From Phycisphaeraceae bacterium (GTDB lineage Bacteria > Planctomycetota > Phycisphaerae > Phycisphaerales > Phycisphaeraceae): DNA of 25,795 nt. Of the stretch, positions 24,801 through 25,795 are shown in pieces. Every line of letters starts with the position of its first letter. Position 1 is the first letter of the stretch. The notes beneath the pieces were generated by a model. It was not told where the DNA came from. It ran no database searches and worked only from the letters and a program-made list of their open reading frames with translations. The stretch is taken from NCBI GenBank assembly GCA_041750925.1, contig JBGSYL010000238.1:1-25795 (forward strand), in the 5' to 3' direction. The position numbers and the translations under genes are program-made.

Positions 24801-25795
24801 GAATCGGAAACGAGCGAGCCGCTGCTTTCCAAGCAGCTCTATGACACGCTGCGCAACGCGGATCAGGCGAAGGTGGATCAGGCTTTGGATGTGACGCGGG
24901 AACTCTTTGAGAAGGGGTTCAATGAGGAGGCGAAGACGGTTGAGCCGCAGGCCCGGCAGGGACTCAATGAACTCAAGCGTGGCGTGGAGAAGGCGGCTGA
25001 GAGTGTGCTGGGCGATGAAGCCGAGGCCCTTCACCGGGCTCGCGAGACGCTCGATGAACTTACCCGCGAAGTGGAACGCGAAGCCCCGGCAGGTGAACGC
25101 GAACGCCTGGCCGATGCGAATGCCAACCGCCGACAGCGCGAAGGTGAACAGCAGCAAGGTCAGCAGCCCGGCCAGCGCGGGGAGAAGCAGGGCGATGAGC
25201 AGGGCCAGCAGCAAGGGCAGCGCGGTGAGAAGCAAGGTGATCAACTAGGTCAACAGCCCGGCCAGCGCGGTGAGAAGCAAGGTGATCAACAAGGCCAACA
25301 GCCCGGCCAGCGCGGCGAGAAGCAAGGTGATCAGCAAGGTCAACAGCCAGGCCAGCGCGGCGAGAAGCAAGGTGATCAGCAAGGTCAACAGCCCGGCCAA
25401 CGCGGTGAGAAGCAAGGTGATCAACAAGGCCAACAGCCCGGCCAACGCGGCGAGCAGCCCGGCGATCAACAAGGCCAGCAACCCGGTCAACCCGGCCAAG
25501 GCGGCCAGCAACCCGGCCAGCGAAATCCGCGCGAAGGCGAAGGGGAAGGCCAGCCGCGCACCGCGCAGACACCCACCAAGGGCAGCCCATCCCTCCTCGA
25601 TCAGATTCGCGGCGGCTCCTCGGCCGGCGGCGGGTCGGGGCCGCATGGGCCCATCACCGGCGAGGATTACCGCGAGTGGTCGGACCGGCTGCGCGATGTC
25701 GAGGAGATGATCGATGACCCGGCCCTGCGCGAGGAGGTCGCCCGCGTGCGCGATCGGGCACAGGCGATGCGGGCCGAGTTCAAGCGGCATGGCAA
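21873..25795 (+). CDS. Very large membrane-anchored Ig-like/coiled-coil protein (DUF4175-like), >1307 aa, truncated by the window end; absent from ORF track
   Basis: Manually translated from ATG 21873 (GGAG at 21862-21865) with no stop to the last base. MIESQLLEQ..., three TM segments, IEARHP.LESRL.TALE, VEPGDVSIERG, YPDYT, DDFG, FAEVR.FEE.FREG, long E/Q/R heptad regions, GPITGEDYREWSDRLRDVEEMI near the edge. Confidence 0.88.
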   Translation, partial: MIESQLLEQIHQVALRARQLRYRRSLAIGLLLVAAAGIAILLAAQGTRWSFALAVPLLCIGATAAWLVARLSSSRTDDTRITARAIEARHPALESRLLTALEQIDDAPAGLGFLQQTVVRQAVEHSQQHNWLDAVDGRALRRWSLAGGVAAFALLALLVTFIIAAEPFASSPAPATQLAVNPAQSTGENTLIVEPGDVSIERGSSLIVAARFNHTIPAGVSLIIEGPSAALDGAITTRTLPMSASLDDPLAGSRVPSVTSNLTYRIIGEGVESPTYRVTVFDFPQLVQADASLKYPDYTAIPVKQIEDTRQVTAVEGTQVTWSLKLNKPVTSAKLIAEGGQEINLTPVAGSEAMVQGSLTLDKSQRYRLALVDEAGRRNKQDVEFVMSALKNRPPDLKLVFPKRDLRVSPLEETLVVGQAFDDFGIKSAGITYSMAGRAMQDVVLITDGAAKTNHELSHLLSFEAMQAVPDELLSYHFWADDVGPDGNVRRTYGDMFFAEVRHFEEIFREGQAPTNSEQQQQQQQQQQQQGGQQQQIGEGIKQQREIINATWNLIRREIAEQPTPAFKEDAQAVREAQEAALGGMVRVKEALQDAQSLAHVEEVEKHMADAASHLAQAAETNDPAALKLALPAEQQAYQALLKLQAREHEVVRAQRHQQQQQGQQAQQQAGPSQQQLNELELRNQDNRYETQRMAQEPPQTQEQAAQRETRQALNRLRDLARRQQDLNEKLKELDLALQEAKTEQEREELARQLKRLREQQEEMLRDVDELRNRMEQNQQQQAQNQQQQNQQQQQQNQQQQQQNQQQQNQQAQQNQQNQQGEQKQGEQQRKHGEQKQAQGPQTLRERSEQQQANDARQQVDEVRQNIREATEALEKGMTSKALTEGTRAERKLEELREEFRQRASGQFADDVKEMRSDARRLAGDQEKLGEKMKEVEKQGPRSLRDTGERKQVADALGEQKEKLENLTERMRRVTEESETSEPLLSKQLYDTLRNADQAKVDQALDVTRELFEKGFNEEAKTVEPQARQGLNELKRGVEKAAESVLGDEAEALHRARETLDELTREVEREAPAGERERLADANANRRQREGEQQQGQQPGQRGEKQGDEQGQQQGQRGEKQGDQLGQQPGQRGEKQGDQQGQQPGQRGEKQGDQQGQQPGQRGEKQGDQQGQQPGQRGEKQGDQQGQQPGQRGEQPGDQQGQQPGQPGQGGQQPGQRNPREGEGEGQPRTAQTPTKGSPSLLDQIRGGSSAGGGSGPHGPITGEDYREWSDRLRDVEEMIDDPALREEVARVRDRAQAMRAEFKRHG
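23427..23462 (+). repeat. Polyglutamine tract (12 Q, mixed CAG/CAA)
   Basis: CAG4 CAA2 CAG3 CAA CAG2, followed by GG-Q4. Confidence 0.95.
24201..24332 (+). repeat. Q/N-rich tract: 44 codons = 34 Q, 8 N, 2 A
   Basis: QNQQQQAQNQQQQNQQQQQQNQQQQQQNQQQQNQQAQQNQQNQQ, read directly in the 21873 frame. Confidence 0.95.
25158..25472 (+). repeat. Coding tandem repeat, 7 x 45 bp (consensus GQQPGQRGEKQGDQQ)
   Basis: Units start at 25158, 25203, 25248, 25293, 25338, 25383 and 25428. Most differences are synonymous. Degenerate GQQPGQ continues to about 25523. Confidence 0.95.

Noticed and set aside
25158-25472. Regularly spaced repeats resembling a CRISPR array
   Set aside because: Contiguous 45-bp units with no unique spacers, in-frame coding, and no cas genes.
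22089-25790. 1051-aa and 181-aa minus-strand ORFs rich in Leu/Ala
   Set aside because: They are in-register antisense shadows of the + strand Q/E-rich gene (CAG/CAA read as CTG/TTG). They have no family motifs.

Overview
GC-rich bacterial chromosomal window. The gene families suggest Planctomycetota/PVC, but this is inference. Almost all genes are on the + strand. (1) 1-7.6 kb: a probable small-molecule tailoring cluster. It contains the 3' end of an Fe-alcohol dehydrogenase, an exported PQQ-like beta-propeller, a HemN-like radical SAM enzyme, a chorismate-lyase-fold protein, a flavin-dependent halogenase-like enzyme and a GT4 glycosyltransferase. (2) 7.7-12.8 kb: a periplasmic redox block (stand-alone DsbD-N protein, CxxC redoxin-like protein, YVTN-propeller/diheme cytochrome c) interrupted by a hicAB toxin-antitoxin pair, followed by an orphan FixJ-type regulator on the minus strand. 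(3) 13.3-25.8 kb: a TPR-gluzincin / DUF4159 / MoxR / DUF58 / BatA-vWA operon. It ends in a >1300 aa membrane-anchored protein that the ORF track misses because it runs off the window; this protein carries polyQ, a Q/N tract and a 15-aa tandem repeat. The most unusual non-coding signal is that many gene junctions hold micro-repeat elements (5-, 7- or 8-nt units, a different unit each time), mostly as long imperfect inverted repeats. In addition, two REP-like palindrome doublets lie in the 3' ends of coding sequences. No rRNA, tRNA, CRISPR array, transposase or integrase was recognised.
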